Positions 40,619 to 50,477 of a stretch of 64,000 bases of DNA are shown in pieces. The position numbers and the translations under genes were made by a program. The stretch is from Candidatus Bathyarchaeota archaeon (GTDB taxonomy: Archaea; Thermoproteota; Bathyarchaeia; Bathyarchaeales; Bathycorpusculaceae), in the NCBI GenBank assembly GCA_963811105.1, contig CAWEPZ010000002.1:96001-160000 (forward strand). The letters are read 5' to 3'. The notes beneath the pieces are model-generated. The model was not told where the DNA came from, ran no database searches, and was given only the letters and a program-made list of their open reading frames with translations. Position 1 is the stretch's first letter; the number at the start of each line of letters is the position of its first letter.

Positions 40619-41110
40619 TTACGGTTTTATTCCTGCCTTTTTTATAGCTTGCGTATATACATTTGAAGATACGCCAGCAACCAAAGCCCCGATAGCATCA
40701 TTTGTCAAAGGAGGCAGCTTCTTTAAAATGCCTGGTTTAGCTTGGTCAAACCGCACAAACTCAAACATGCCTCTTGACCCGCCGATGTAAGTGGCAATCG
40801 CTATCCCGATCAATTCATCAGCCACAAGTCCCGGTCTGCCTAGAAACCGTTCCTTCGTCAATCCGGGAATCAAACCTTTCTCTGCATCCTCTTGAGCACG
40901 GAACGCAGCCACGATAAGTGTGGAAACGTTGACGTCTGTTAAAACATCAAGGAACTCTTCCCTGAGCATTCCCGAGGCTTTTTCCTCGTTTTCTACTCCT
41001 GGGTGAGGCACGTACATTTCAAGAGCCGCATGAATTAGGCTTTTTAGGGAAATATCGCGTTTTTCCAAGTACTCTAGCAACGGGGGCGCTTCTCTACTCA
41101 TGTTGTCCAT
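40619..41110 (-). CDS. cobZ: archaeal alpha-ribazole-phosphate phosphatase CobZ (PgpA-like fold)
   Basis: DVNV, LVADELIG, FEFVRFDQAKPGIL, DAIGALVAG. Confidence 0.8.
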   Translation of the reverse strand: MDNMSREAPPLLEYLEKRDISLKSLIHAALEMYVPHPGVENEEKASGMLREEFLDVLTDVNVSTLIVAAFRAQEDAEKGLIPGLTKERFLGRPGLVADELIGIAIATYIGGSRGMFEFVRFDQAKPGILKKLPPLTNDAIGALVAGVSSNVYTQAIKKAGIKP

Positions 41111-41443
41111 CCTCGTTTTTTAAAGGCGAAGTGTGTTTTAAGCGTTGCGTGTTCCTGAATAGTAGCATATTTATGTTGGCTGAAAGAGCACAACTTGCCC
41201 AATTGGTCAGTAATCGTTCGCAGAGAATAATCATTTTTTGTTTTTGCACCAAGCTCAACATGGATGACAACCACTTCTGAGGACAAAAGTCACCTTCTTT
41301 GCGATCCGGAATTCTCGACACTCGAACTTCTTTCTATATCAATCAAATAACAAGCCACCATCAACAGGCTGTCTGTGCTATAGTCACTTAATCGGATGCT
41401 TTTAGCACTATATTAAATATTACTATACACGATACATTTAAAT

Positions 41444-41462
41444 TTTAGAACTCGGTTCTAAA
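41444..41462. promoter_or_regulatory. perfect inverted repeat, candidate operator
   Basis: TTTAGAAC-tcg-GTTCTAAA next to AT-rich TATA-like sequence in a long intergenic region. Confidence 0.35.
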
Positions 41463-42092
41463 TATATATAAAATCGTAATATTTAATAGAGGCGAAATGT
41501 TTCACGAAATTATTCAGGAAAATTGAGCGGGGTCTTGCTGATCTTGCGATGGCTCCATTGGTGGGGCTTGAGAAGAAAGAGCGCGATAGAAGGCTTGAAG
41601 AGAGATTGAAGCGTTTAGAACAAAAGCACGGATGCAACTGAACAGTGGATTCTCTTGTTTCTATAAGAGCGTCACATTTCTAAGTTCGATTCCCATCAGA
41701 CACGATCGTCCAGAAGAGAGTTTATACTGCAAAAGTCTCCAACAGCGGTCTGGATGACTCGGGTATTCCGGGAAGTTATTGAGTTAGGAAAAAGCACTAA
41801 GCAGGAAAGGAATATCGCGTTCGATCTGTGGGTGGGTTTCTGTAAATGGAATATGTCAGGCAAGGGCGTACTTAGGAGTACTTAAGCTGGGAAAAACTAC
41901 AATGGCGCAGGTAGTGTGCCGTTTAGTTAAAAAAGAAATTATGATAAATCCAGAAAATTCGATGCCTTTACGATCGCAAATTTCGTTTATTATTTACATT
42001 TTATTGTAGAATCGCGGCTTTGGGGCATTTGTTGGTTGACATATTTTGCGTCGATAGGCAAATAAGTTAAAAGTAGAGTGGAGGTTTAGTGT

Positions 42093-42461
42093 TTGTTCTT
42101 CTTTAAGGGATCTGGTTGTATGAAGCCGCGTCTGTATTTTCTTAAGAGAGAAGTTGGAAGAAGTGTTGAAAACCCGAAAACAGAGGTCCTTTTTGTAGTT
42201 GTTGATTCGGATATATCAAAGACATATCCGTTGAATTTCGTTTGCGTGTTTCCATTGTCTCAAGGATTATGTAGTGGCCATTCTGCATTTAGGAAATTAT
42301 TCGGTGAAGATACCATTCCTTTAGCTAAGAAACTTCTGAACAAAGCCTTGGCTAGAGAACATGATTCAGAAATTAAAACAGAAATTAGAAAGCGCTTGAA
42401 ACAGCTTAACCTCAAGGCAGTTGTTCAGTCTAAGCTGCCGATTTTGCTAAAATCTTTTTGA
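42093..42461 (+). CDS. hypothetical protein
   Basis: 122-aa ORF with GGAGG upstream; same strand as the downstream receiver gene. Confidence 0.65.
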   Translation: MFFFKGSGCMKPRLYFLKREVGRSVENPKTEVLFVVVDSDISKTYPLNFVCVFPLSQGLCSGHSAFRKLFGEDTIPLAKKLLNKALAREHDSEIKTEIRKRLKQLNLKAVVQSKLPILLKSF

Positions 42462-42533
42462 ACCGAATTATGGGAAGCTTAAGCCAACAGAGAACTTTTT
42501 TTGAACTTACTAACAGTTGATTGGAGGAATTAG

Positions 42534-42914
42534 ATGAACTGGAAAAAAAAGCGAATTCTTGTAGTAGATGATGATACCAATATCTTGAGAGTTTTTAAAA
42601 GTATTTTAGAAAAAGAAGGATATACAGTTGAGACTGCTGAGACAGGCAAAGATGCTCTCAAAAAAATAAAAAAAGTAAAGTTCAGCGTGTGCTTAGTTGA
42701 CGTCAAGCTCCCCGACATGGACGGAACAGAACTTCTCCTTAAGATACCAAATGACCCTAAAACGATCAAAATTATTGTCACAGGCTTCTCCACTGACGAG
42801 GTCGGAAAAAAAGCTGCCGATTATGGAGCAGACGATTTTCTAGTTAAACCAGTTAAAACTGAAGAACTCATCGTTGCAGTGCGACAAAGGTTAGATACAA
42901 TACAAGAACGCTAA
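42534..42914 (+). CDS. single-domain response regulator (receiver)
   Basis: ILVVDDD, DVKLPDMDG, VTGF, FLVKP; GGAGG RBS. Confidence 0.92.
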   Translation: MNWKKKRILVVDDDTNILRVFKSILEKEGYTVETAETGKDALKKIKKVKFSVCLVDVKLPDMDGTELLLKIPNDPKTIKIIVTGFSTDEVGKKAADYGADDFLVKPVKTEELIVAVRQRLDTIQER

Positions 42915-43204
42915 ATCTAAGTTCATTGTTGTAATCGTCAACTAGTAAAGCACATTTAGATTCAACAACTCTTCCCGGGAAACATGTTTTCAAAAGGTTA
43001 TGAATGCTCATAAGATGAGTGATTATGAAAATAGCGTTATTCATTAGGTTTGAGTATATTGACTCAGCCATAGTTCGGGGGTAAGCCCTGTCCGCCTCAC
43101 TTTGCCGAAGAGAGAAAATGATTCAAAGATGAAAACCTGAAAACGTGTATCAAACGTTGAAAACTAACCACTTATTTTGCAATACCCCTTTCTTACCATA
43201 CTAA

Positions 43205-43456
43205 CTAAGTTATTTGTTGAGCAATTCTTCGATTTTGTCTGAGGTGACCAAAATTATTTGAAGAAACTATTTTTTTTCCATACCCTATTCCTTTCTTTAA
43301 CAAAGCCAAAGCTTCGACGTCAGTAATTCCAAAAGGAAGAAAATCCTTATGGAAGAGTTCAAAATGTGATTTTACCTCCACTATGGCATCTTTTACGTCA
43401 TCTAAAGTGTCAAAAATATAACCGCAAGGGCATTGCCCACTTACTTTCTTTTTCAA
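43205..43456 (-). CDS. small putative metal-binding protein
   Basis: CPCGY...HFELFH (C2H2-type spacing). Confidence 0.55.
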   Translation of the reverse strand: MKKKVSGQCPCGYIFDTLDDVKDAIVEVKSHFELFHKDFLPFGITDVEALALLKKGIGYGKKIVSSNNFGHLRQNRRIAQQIT

Positions 43457-43877
43457 ACAAGTTCACTTTACCAGGATTGTTAATTATATACACTTCACGT
43501 TAGAATATTAACTTTCAGTGACCGGAACACCACAGTCACAACTCGATTTCTTAATGAGGTAGTTAGAGCTTTCACATGTTTTGCAAATCTTCTCTCGGTT
43601 CTTATTCTCGAAATTACGATAGATGTAAAACCCTGATCGCTAAACTAAACGTGTATTTGACGTTCTTTCATCATAAAAATGTTCTGTGAGTAGACGCAAC
43701 AATCATTAAGGTCGGAAAGGTAAGTATTGACAGAGGCAAAGCAACAATTCAAAGCCTCAACTCGAAATGCCCTCAATTCATCTCGAACTGAAACTCAAAA
43801 TCGGTTGGTCTTTAGAGATCTTTAACTCTGCTGAATTGTAAAACAGGGAATTTTTGGGTGATTTAACATAAGAAAAA

Positions 43878-45068
43878 GTGAGCTTATTTAACATGGTTCA
43901 GAAACTCGTTTTGGATAGTAGCGCAAAGCGTGTAGGGTACTTTAGCACTTACCCCCCAAGAGAATGCGGAATTGCAAACTTCACAAAAGACTTAATCGAT
44001 GCTATAAGCGACTTAGGTGGACTTAAGCCTTCTATAATTGCCATAAACGAAAAAGGCGCACTTTATGATTACGACAGACGAGTCAAATGGAATATTGATC
44101 GAGACGATGCAGAAGACTACATTAAGGCAGCTGAATACGTAAACTCTTCAAATATCCAGCTATTAATTGTTCAACATGAGTTCGGTCTCTATGGAGGCGA
44201 CTATGGTGAACACATTAAACTCTTCCTAGATAATGTCAATAAACCAATTATCACGACCCTTCATACTGTGCAACCTAATTTTGACAAAAAAGCGATTGAA
44301 GTCCTAAAATACATAGTTGAAAGAAGCGAGTCAATTATAGTAATCGCACACCCCGCAATCGATATGCTAAAACGCCAAGGAATATTATATAAGAAATGCG
44401 TTGTCATTCCACATGGCTGCCCAAGCATAGACTGCACAGACAACAAATCAATCAAGGAATCACTTGGTCTAGAGGGTCGTTTGGTTGCTTCCACTTTCGG
44501 CCTAATAAGCAGCGGCAAAGGTATTGAATATGCTATTCAAGCTCTCCCTGAGGTTATTAAAAAAGAACCGCGAATAATTTATCTCATTATCGGAGAAACT
44601 CACCCTGAAGTGAGAAAACATGAAGGCGAAAAATACCGAAATGAACTAACGAGGCTTGTTAGTGAACTCGGATTGGAAGAACACGTCAGATTCACAAACA
44701 GATTCATTAGTAAACGTGAACTAATCAAGTTTCTTCAAGCAACTGACATTTACTTAACTCCTTATATTTCTCCCAACCAAATTAGTAGTGGCACCCTTGT
44801 CTATGCTCTGGGTGCTGGAAAAGCTGTAGTGTCTACTCCATATTACCACGCCCAAGAGGTCCTAGCCAACGATAGAGGGATATTGTGCAGATTTGAGGAT
44901 TCGGCCTCAATTGCTGAAGCCATAAACAGACTTTTAGACGAAAGATTCCGTACTGAGATTCAAAAAAGAGCTTACAAATATAGTCGACGCTTCCTCTGGA
45001 AAAACGTGGCGAGAAAATACCTAAACCTCATTAAAGCAGTAACTGAAAAACAAGTGAGCCCAAGTTGA
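43878..45068 (+). CDS. GT4 glycosyltransferase
   Basis: STYPPRECGIA, QHEFGLYGG, IPHG, KGIEY, SSGTL. Confidence 0.9.
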   Translation: MSLFNMVQKLVLDSSAKRVGYFSTYPPRECGIANFTKDLIDAISDLGGLKPSIIAINEKGALYDYDRRVKWNIDRDDAEDYIKAAEYVNSSNIQLLIVQHEFGLYGGDYGEHIKLFLDNVNKPIITTLHTVQPNFDKKAIEVLKYIVERSESIIVIAHPAIDMLKRQGILYKKCVVIPHGCPSIDCTDNKSIKESLGLEGRLVASTFGLISSGKGIEYAIQALPEVIKKEPRIIYLIIGETHPEVRKHEGEKYRNELTRLVSELGLEEHVRFTNRFISKRELIKFLQATDIYLTPYISPNQISSGTLVYALGAGKAVVSTPYYHAQEVLANDRGILCRFEDSASIAEAINRLLDERFRTEIQKRAYKYSRRFLWKNVARKYLNLIKAVTEKQVSPS

Positions 45069-46120
45069 AAACTTTTCCTATAAACTTAGATTTTGTCAGA
45101 ACACTGACGGACGATGTAGGAATGCTTCAGCACTCGAAATATGCAACGCCAAATAGAAAAGAAGGATACACAACAGATGACAACGCAAGAGCTCTAATTG
45201 CCTGCATAAATTACTTCATGTTGTTTAATGATGTAAACGTTAAGAAACTGATTGACACTTACCTGAGCCTATTATTCTACATGCAGAGATCTGACGGCAA
45301 AATGCATAACTACCTCAGCTATGATCGCCAGCTTTTAGACGAAATAGGTTCTGAGGATTGTTTGGGCCGAACACTCTGGGCATGTGGATACTGCCTAGAC
45401 TCAAAATTGAGCGAAGAAACGAAACTTCTTTCCAAAGAAGTTTTTGACAGAGTCTTTAGATGGGTTTCAGGCTTTACTTCACCAAGAGCAAAAGCATACT
45501 CAATTATGGGGTTGTTTCATTACCAGAAAGCCCATCCGGAGGACCAAAATGTCAAACAAAATATCATATCAATCGCTGATCAATTGAATAATCAATTTGA
45601 ACTGGAATCATCTGTTGGGTGGGAGTGGTTTGAATCCTCTCTTACATACTCCAATGCCCGATTACCTCATTCGCTTTTTCTGGCTTACGAAGCCACTAGA
45701 GAAAAAAAGTACCTACAAGTAGCCTCAAAATCCATGAAATTTCTAATAAATATCCAAACTATAAACAAAGTATTCGTTCCAATAGGAAATCGTGGTTGGT
45801 ATAAGAAAGGATCTTACAGAGCAATCTACGACCAACAATCGGTTGAAGCATCGTGCACAACAGAAGCAGCAATTGCCGCTTTTAGAAACACTGGTGAAGA
45901 AGGTTACTTCCAAGCTGCGAACGAAGCCTTTGCATGGTTTTTGGGTGGGAATTTGAAAGGTCTAACGTTGTATAATCCAGAAAACGGGAGCTGCTGCGAT
46001 GGTATAACACCTCAAGGATTAAATCTAAACAAAGGCGCCGAGTCAACCCTAGCTTATCTCCAAGCTCGCTTAAACTTCGAAGAGTTAAAACAACAGGATA
46101 ATCTATTAAGGGCACCATAA
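45065..46120 (+). CDS. six-hairpin glycosidase-like protein (usual partner of this GT4 type)
   Basis: TDDVGMLQH, GYTTDDNARAL, WFESSLTYSNARL, DQQSVE, NKGAEST. Confidence 0.8.
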   Translation: MKTFPINLDFVRTLTDDVGMLQHSKYATPNRKEGYTTDDNARALIACINYFMLFNDVNVKKLIDTYLSLLFYMQRSDGKMHNYLSYDRQLLDEIGSEDCLGRTLWACGYCLDSKLSEETKLLSKEVFDRVFRWVSGFTSPRAKAYSIMGLFHYQKAHPEDQNVKQNIISIADQLNNQFELESSVGWEWFESSLTYSNARLPHSLFLAYEATREKKYLQVASKSMKFLINIQTINKVFVPIGNRGWYKKGSYRAIYDQQSVEASCTTEAAIAAFRNTGEEGYFQAANEAFAWFLGGNLKGLTLYNPENGSCCDGITPQGLNLNKGAESTLAYLQARLNFEELKQQDNLLRAP

Positions 46121-46225
46121 AACCCCTATTCCAAAAGTTTTGGTCGACAATTCTTCGAGTCAACACACAATTCTCATTTCATTTATTAATTCGGAAACCC
46201 AGATTAGAGCAGGAGAATAGCTGAC

Positions 46226-46600
46226 ATGATGACCCGAGACTTAATGCTAAAAGATGTAGTTACTACCTACGGAAACGTTCCCGCTAAGGAGGCAATTGAG
46301 CTCCTTTACAAAAGACATGTGGGGTGCATAGTTGTTATCGACGAAGCGGGGCATTGCATTGGTATTTTCACGGAACGGGACGCTATAAGGGTCGTGGCAC
46401 AAAATGTGCCCTTGGATGCACCAGTAGAAAAAATCATGACTAAAAACCCTTTTACTATTAACGAAGATTCCATTTTTGAAGAAGCAAAGAGTATCATCAA
46501 ATCCGCTAAGGTTCGGCATCTTCCCGTGATAGACACAAATGGAAAACTTGTTGGGTTGATATCCGTTAGACACATATTAGATGAGCTAAGTGGGCTATAA
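46226..46600 (+). CDS. CBS-domain pair protein
   Basis: GIFTERD, VRHLPV, GLISVRHI. Confidence 0.9.
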   Translation: MMTRDLMLKDVVTTYGNVPAKEAIELLYKRHVGCIVVIDEAGHCIGIFTERDAIRVVAQNVPLDAPVEKIMTKNPFTINEDSIFEEAKSIIKSAKVRHLPVIDTNGKLVGLISVRHILDELSGL

Positions 46601-46633
46601 CTTCAAACCAGGGGCAGAGGGGAGAGAAAACAA

Positions 46634-47527
46634 ATGAAGAGGTACCTGCATAATCCTATACTTGAGCCTGTAGGTGCACATGCTTGGGAATCGAGTTTGG
46701 TCTTCAATGCCGCAGTTTTTGCCGCTAACAATCGTGTCCACCTTCTTTATAGAGCAATGGGCACCGATAATGTTTCACGCATTGGATTAGCATCCTCTTC
46801 GGATGGCTACACTATAGATGAACGTTTACCCCTGCCAGTTTTCAGTCCGTCGAATGACACAGAAAGTCAAGGTTGCGAGGATCCAAGGCTAAGTCTATTT
46901 GGTAATTCACTAGTTTTGGCGTACACCGCATTTGGTAACCATTTTCAACATCAAGTCTACCAAATTGCCTTGACATCTATAAACTCGGAAGATTTTCTGG
47001 CAAGGAGGTGGCAATGGGGCGAAAGGATTTTGGCTTTCCCGGGAATCCACAATAAAGATGCAGTTCTATTTCCACAGAAGTTTGACGGCGACTATGTGAT
47101 GTTTCATAGATTAGAACCTGATCTTTGCATTGCGCGCTCTAACGACCTTCGCCGCTGGTACGGTTTGAAATATGTCTTAGGTCCTCGAGAGAAAGGTTGG
47201 GATTCCTGGAAAGTGGGCGCTGCTGGACCGCCTATTTTAACAAATGAAGGCTGGCTTCTTATTTATCATGGAGTGAGTGTGGACAGAGTTTACTCTTTAG
47301 GCGTTGCACTATTGGATAAGAATAATCCTGAGCAGGTTCTTTATCGATCTGAAGAAGCAATCTTGACACCGACAGAAGACTATGAACGCTATGGGAAAGT
47401 TCCCAACGTAGTTTTCAGTTGCGGGCAAGTTATGATGGACGACCAACTTCTAATCTACTATGGGGGTGCGGACAGTGTATTATGCGTAGCAACCGTTGAA
47501 CTTGCTGAACTCTTGCCAAAAAAATAG
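46634..47527 (+). CDS. GH130-family mannosidase/mannoside phosphorylase
   Basis: VFNAA, LLYRA, GCEDPR, NKDAVLFP, PNVVFSCG, YYGGAD. Confidence 0.9.
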   Translation: MKRYLHNPILEPVGAHAWESSLVFNAAVFAANNRVHLLYRAMGTDNVSRIGLASSSDGYTIDERLPLPVFSPSNDTESQGCEDPRLSLFGNSLVLAYTAFGNHFQHQVYQIALTSINSEDFLARRWQWGERILAFPGIHNKDAVLFPQKFDGDYVMFHRLEPDLCIARSNDLRRWYGLKYVLGPREKGWDSWKVGAAGPPILTNEGWLLIYHGVSVDRVYSLGVALLDKNNPEQVLYRSEEAILTPTEDYERYGKVPNVVFSCGQVMMDDQLLIYYGGADSVLCVATVELAELLPKK

Positions 47528-47944
47528 TAGATAGCCAACAGTAACAAAACAACTAAAGAGTGTTCAAATCCATTGGGCCCGTCATAACTGAAAAAATAAT
47601 CTTTTTTGAAATATCGCTGTGCTCCGGTCAATAGCACACTCTACAATATTGTATCTTATGTTACGCTATAACAACACATTAATATGAAAAGGTTGGATAA
47701 ACCAACCAAACACGGGCGTAATAATTTGCTGAACTTCCAGAAAACAAGTAATATTCCGCTCAAAAATGTATGTGCAAGCACATTAGCTGAATATTTGAAG
47801 AGTAAAACGATGTTTTCTTGGTTACATGTTTTCGGAGCCAAACAGCAAACCTTTTTTAGTAATCAAAAATTTTACATTCACCTAAAAACCAACAAAAACG
47901 AAAAAAGGTTGAGGGTGAAGTAACTTAGGGAGGATGAAACCGAT

Positions 47945-48622
47945 ATGAGAGTTATTACTTCATGGAGTGGCGGCAAAGACAGCTGCTACGCATACTATTT
48001 AGCGAGCCAGCAAGGCCATCAGGTAATGAACCTTTTAACCATGATGATGAATAAAACCAAATCAAACTTCCATATGATACCTTCCGGTATACTTGATGCA
48101 CAAGCAGACGCTATAGGAATCCCCCTGATTAGACAGCAGGCTACACCCCAAACCTACGAGAGCGACTTCAAAGAGGCATTGTTAAAGCTGAAAGCTAGAG
48201 GAGCCGAAGGATTAGTCACTGGAGACATCTACGAAGTGGCAGGACACGAGGAAGGTTGGCTAGCTCGAGTCTGCAAAGAAGTCGGTTTAATACCAGTAAA
48301 ACCTCTATGGATGGGTGACACAAAACAAATTTACCTTGACTACCTAAAAACTGGTTTCAAAGCAACGGTAGTGCGAACTAACTTGGAAAAGTTGGGCATG
48401 GAGTGGCTTGGAAGAGTGCTGGACAGGAAATTCTATGATGATATCATTAAGCTGGGCAATGTCGATGCTTGTGGGGAAGGTGGCGAATACCACACGGTAA
48501 TAACGGATGGGCCGACAATGAAGAAAAAGATTGAAATTCTAGAAACGCAAAAGCACAAGCTAGAAGGTGGCTTCGGATATTTAGAAATCGAAAAATTCGA
48601 AGTGACGCCTAAGGCAAGGTAA
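47945..48622 (+). CDS. diphthine-ammonia ligase-like PP-loop ATPase (DUF71)
   Basis: SWSGGKDS, TGDI, PLW, CGEGGEYHT. Confidence 0.9.
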   Translation: MRVITSWSGGKDSCYAYYLASQQGHQVMNLLTMMMNKTKSNFHMIPSGILDAQADAIGIPLIRQQATPQTYESDFKEALLKLKARGAEGLVTGDIYEVAGHEEGWLARVCKEVGLIPVKPLWMGDTKQIYLDYLKTGFKATVVRTNLEKLGMEWLGRVLDRKFYDDIIKLGNVDACGEGGEYHTVITDGPTMKKKIEILETQKHKLEGGFGYLEIEKFEVTPKAR

Positions 48623-48631
48623 AACAAAGTA

Positions 48632-49720
48632 ATGGATGTAATAATTGCACATAACGAGTTAAAAGCCAAAGATTTCTTGAAAGAAATTGAGGGCAAGAAA
48701 CCCCTTTTCATCTGCACTATAGCCACTACGGAAACCGGCAAAATTCCAGGATTATCCGCGGCTGGCGCAAACCCAGACTTCACAGATTTCACTCCTCCGG
48801 CAGATGCAGAACTCTTGCTATTGGGTAAATGCAAATCTATTCAAGGAGTTCCTATTACTCCAGACGGCATTCCGACACCTGGCTTGATTACGATGTCCGC
48901 TCTGCATCTTGCTGATATTCCATTGCTGGTTGTGAACGGCGGCGTGAAGGTTAAACCCCAGATTCCCTATGTTGATGTAGGTGGTAATTCAGGACGCGAT
49001 ATTCGCACAGGTAATTCTGTTGATAACGTGGAAGAAGTAATTGAACGCGCAAAAGTTTTAGGTGAACAACTGGCGAAAGCGTCGGATTATCTTGTTATAG
49101 GCGAGAGTATTCCAGGAGGCACCACAACAGCGCTTGGCGTTTTGTCGGCGTTAGGCGTTAATGCGGAAGGTAAAGTCAGTAGTACTCTACCAGAAAATCC
49201 TCACAGCCTGAAGAGTGCGGTTGTTCGAGCTGGCCTGAGGGCGGCCGGCGAAAAATTTGGAAGTCTTTCGAATAACCCAATTAAAGCTGTCTCCTGTGTA
49301 GGTGATCCAATGATGCCAGCGTTGGCTGGATTAGTTATTGGAGGAGCTAGGCAGGCGCCTGTTTTGATGGCTGGCGGAACCCAAATGACCGCGGTTTTAG
49401 CATTGATTAACACTTTGGAACGCAAGGCTCTATGCAATGTGGCTTTAGGCACGACACGGTGGGTGGTCAAAGACAAGTCATCAGATATTTGTGGGATAGT
49501 CAAGCAGTTCTGCGAAGTACCCGTTTTAGCGGCTGACTTAGATTTTGGTCCTTCCAGATATCCAGGTTTACGTATTTATGAGACTGGTCTTGTGAAGGAG
49601 GGCGTCGGTGCAGGTGGCGCTTCTATTGCAGCGATGGCTAAGCTGGGCGGTGCAGTAACAAAAGACTTATTGCTCAAGGAGATAGAGCGTAATTATGCTC
49701 TATTGATGGGTTTGAAGTAA
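48632..49720 (+). CDS. cobT: archaeal NaMN:base phosphoribosyltransferase (CobT, MJ1598 type)
   Basis: IPGLSAAG, TPPADAE, GESIPGGTTTA, AGGTQM, VKEGVGAGG. Confidence 0.9.
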   Translation: MDVIIAHNELKAKDFLKEIEGKKPLFICTIATTETGKIPGLSAAGANPDFTDFTPPADAELLLLGKCKSIQGVPITPDGIPTPGLITMSALHLADIPLLVVNGGVKVKPQIPYVDVGGNSGRDIRTGNSVDNVEEVIERAKVLGEQLAKASDYLVIGESIPGGTTTALGVLSALGVNAEGKVSSTLPENPHSLKSAVVRAGLRAAGEKFGSLSNNPIKAVSCVGDPMMPALAGLVIGGARQAPVLMAGGTQMTAVLALINTLERKALCNVALGTTRWVVKDKSSDICGIVKQFCEVPVLAADLDFGPSRYPGLRIYETGLVKEGVGAGGASIAAMAKLGGAVTKDLLLKEIERNYALLMGLK

Positions 49721-49722
49721 GC

Positions 49723-50477
49723 ATGGTTATTAAGCAGCTAAAAAACCTCTTGTCTTTCCTAACAATCTTTCCCATTGCTATGGACAAAGACCTGCTCACT
49801 GACTGTGCCAACAACATGTGGATTTTTCCCTTAATTGGCGCATTTATCGGTTTATTGGCTGGCGTGTTCGGTTGGTGGCTTTCCAGTTTTTGCCCGGCAT
49901 AGTTGTAGGCGCCATTGTGTTGGCTTTGCTGTTGTTGATTACTGGGCTTCACCACACCGACGGATTACTGGATTTTGGTGACGGCATCATGGCACACGGT
50001 ACACCTGAACACAAAATTGAAGTCATGCACGATCAATTAACAGGCGCAGGCGGCTTAGTCTTAGGCATGATGACCCTGTTCATTTCAGCTTTAGCTATTG
50101 GCCAACTTCATAGCAGCATAATAATTCAAAGCATAATTGTTGTTGAAGCTTCAGCTAAACTCTCGATGGTGGTGGCCGCTCGGGCTGGCAAATCAGTTCA
50201 TGAAGGCATGAACTCCCCGTTCCTCGAAGCTATGCGCAGTGGCAAAGGAGATTTTCGGTTAATCGTTTCAGTTCTGATTTCTTTTGCTTTAGCTTTGCCT
50301 CTGCTGCATTTGGCAGGTGCCTTCGTAGTTCTAGCCAGTATAGTTATGGGTTTAGTCATGGTTGCAATTGCGCACAGACACTTCAACGGAGTGACAGGTG
50401 ACGTTTTTGGCGCGACTAACGAGTTAACACGGATGATTTGCGTTATTGTGTTGTTGGCGGTGGTTGCATGGGTATAA
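49723..50477 (+). pseudogene. cobS: cobamide synthase CobS with a -1 frameshift near 49875
   Basis: MVIKQLKNLLSFLTIFP...FPLIGAFIG in one frame, TGLHHTDGLLDFGDG, MHDQLTGAGG and GVTGDVFGA in the next; adding one G near 49875 joins them. Confidence 0.85.

Noticed and set aside
41094-41321. Short ORFs upstream of cobZ
   Set aside because: Two overlapping frames with no motif and no way to choose between them from sequence alone
41680-41700. GTTCGATTCCC T-loop-like sequence
   Set aside because: No T-stem pairing or cloverleaf around it
47590-47944. Cobalamin riboswitch upstream of the cob operon
   Set aside because: No B12-box or conserved GGGAA/GCCACTG core recognised; the region is AT-rich
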